DNA of 61,229 nucleotides, filler included, from Bonamia ostreae (Eukaryota): NCBI GenBank assembly GCA_040357525.1. It is 16 parts of 16 records of this genome, joined end to end, with 100 filler letters (N's around TTAATTAATTAA, not from the genome) between each part and the next. Parts side by side here need not be neighbours in the genome. Positions count along the whole stretch, not along the records: positions 57,524 to 61,229 come from JBDODL010000443.1; 15 more parts are not named here. One strand, 5' to 3'. Shown piece by piece: positions 59,404 to 61,229 of this stretch (position 1 is its first letter; each line of letters starts with the position of its first letter). The notes under the pieces were generated by a model. It saw only the letters and a program-made list of their open reading frames with translations, ran no database searches and was not told where the DNA came from. The position numbers and the translations under genes were made by a program.

Positions 59404-61229
59404 ATGTCGTTCAGCACAAAAAGTTTTAAGAAAAGTAAAGTACTAAAAGAAAATATCAAGATGAAAACCGAAGGAAAATCGCCAAATGCGCTTTCAACAA
59501 ATGCGCAAAAATCGTCTAGAATCGCTATTAATTCAGCGTTCGAGAACATCAACTCCGTGCTTGAATCGATTCTAGAAAAGTTTGCCTCGGAAAAACCTAT
59601 TCCTTTCCCCCCGGAAAACACCTTCTCTCTCATCGACAAAAAAGCTTATACCAAATTGCTGGACGAGAACAAACGTCTCCGCGAAAAAATCAAAAAGAGT
59701 GAAGAAAAATCGGCTAAAAACGCCAAAGGCGTAAATCTTTCAATTGAATCGAACGACGAACTAAAATTCGATCTGACGGAAACAACGTCGAAAATAGACC
59801 AAAAAAGCAGAAAAACTACAGATTCAACAGGCGAAATCAATCTCAAAATTTTGATAGAAAAGGAATCAGCCATCAGAGACCTCCGGTTCAAAATTGACCA
59901 TCTCCAAAGCGAAAACAAAAAATTGACTGAGCAAAAGTTAATTTTGCAAAGAATTGGCCAACCCGCCAAAAACGAAACATTAAGAACTATAGGCAAATCC
60001 GCTAATATTTATGGACCGAAGACACAGCGCTATTTTAAAAAATCGAAGGAAAAACTGCCAGCGCAAAATAGCTTATGGAAACCCAGAAATTCCGTTGTTG
60101 GCCACAAAAAAGAGTCAACGGATAAATTTTTGTTGAAGAACGGTAAAACGGCGACAAAAAAGCCGTTGATCATTACAAATGAAAAGGCGAAAAACTTTGA
60201 ACGCTCTGTAAGCGAGCCGCGCTCCAAAATTCAAGCAAAACCGTACAAAACGCCTGTGCGCTCTTCAATAAAGAAAAGGCTCAAATTCGCGAAAGCAAGT
60301 GACGATGCGATTCTGAGTACGATTAAATTTAAGAAAACGAGAGTTTTCTTAATTTAATTCATTTAGAGCTTGTTCGGAAACGTGCGAAGCAGAAACAAGC
60401 ACGTGGCGAAGCCGAAAGGTTTTTGTTTTCTCCATTTAATCCTTGCTCGGATTTTCGCTGCTATAAATTAATTAGCAAAACTATTACCGATTTGAATATA
60501 TTTCTCTCCAGCTCATTTAACTCCGAAGGATAACGGCTTTAAGATTTTAACACTAAAGAACCTGTGAAGAAGATCGTGAACCAACCAGTGGTTAGAGTTG
60601 TGAGCACCGGAAAACAAGGAAAGGACGTCTTCAAAACTTCGTCGAGCGCACGTCTAAACGAAGCATTTCTGATACTCTCCGACAAGAAGGAATTGTGGCA
60701 AGAGCGAATAAGAGTGATGTCTGTCATCGGTTTTTTGTTTTACGAGAAGACCAAATTATTGTGAGGAGGAAAGTCAACGTTTCGAGGGACCAACTTTACC
60801 TTCTCAAAAATGTTCTAATCGTCCAGATCTACGATCTGCGGTCAATAGTTGTAAAAGAAGTGTGCAAATTAGTGGTTGTTTACAAATTAAGCCGAAGAAC
60901 AATCTCAGCAAAACGATTCCCGAGCAAATTTCCCCCTTTTTCGGAGCGTATTTGAACGCTCTTTTTAGCAGAGTGTACAACTCGATAAGAGCTATAAGAG
61001 ATCCGTGCACAGATTCTGTGCGAACGTTAGTGCGGAATATTGCGGACACTCGTTGCGTTAAAGAAGTTTAAATGTTGATTTAAAGCTGTTAAACTACTCG
61101 ACCGATCCACACCCGGAAGTCAGGAAACTTTCGATAGAACTAATCGGGTGGTGTCTGGATCTTAGCGTTAAAGAAAAAAACGATAAAATTGATAAACATC
61201 GGATGGAAATACAATTTTCGATTATGTTT
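59404..61229 (+). CDS. Coiled-coil protein with a CLASP-N/TOG-like domain (3'-partial)
   Basis: LSDKKELWQERI, QIYDLRSIVVKEVC and IRAIRD match the CLASP_N HEAT pattern. Confidence 0.7.

Overview
This window is not contiguous DNA. It holds 16 short contigs (about 3.7-3.8 kb each, in decreasing length order) joined by artificial N-TTAATTAATTAA-N linkers, so gene neighbourhoods only count within a contig. The source is an AT-rich, gene-dense eukaryote using the standard genetic code; a compact parasitic protist such as an ascetosporean/haplosporidian is a low-confidence inference. Recognisable genes include CNNM, PP2C, HRD1, RPT4, RPN6, TIP41, mitochondrial bL20, Sec20, glutathione reductase, DnaJ, Erv1, a DH-PH RhoGEF, a USP, RPL26, an aldo-keto reductase, an RME-8-like protein, CstF64, SNF1, a CLASP-like protein and tRNA-His. 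The strongest unusual signal is the splicing architecture: many 20-32 nt introns with mostly GTT donors and A-rich acceptors, longer introns built from tandem repeats, one GC-AG intron, and a recurrent WTTAG(C) motif just upstream of start codons. Also notable are a three-gene cluster of sushi/CCP-like membrane proteins, a secreted metzincin whose zinc motif is split by an in-frame 21-nt intron, a membrane-anchored divergent USP, a zf-4CXXC_R1 protein and an intron-containing gene that looks foreign. All calls come from manual reading; no database searches were run.
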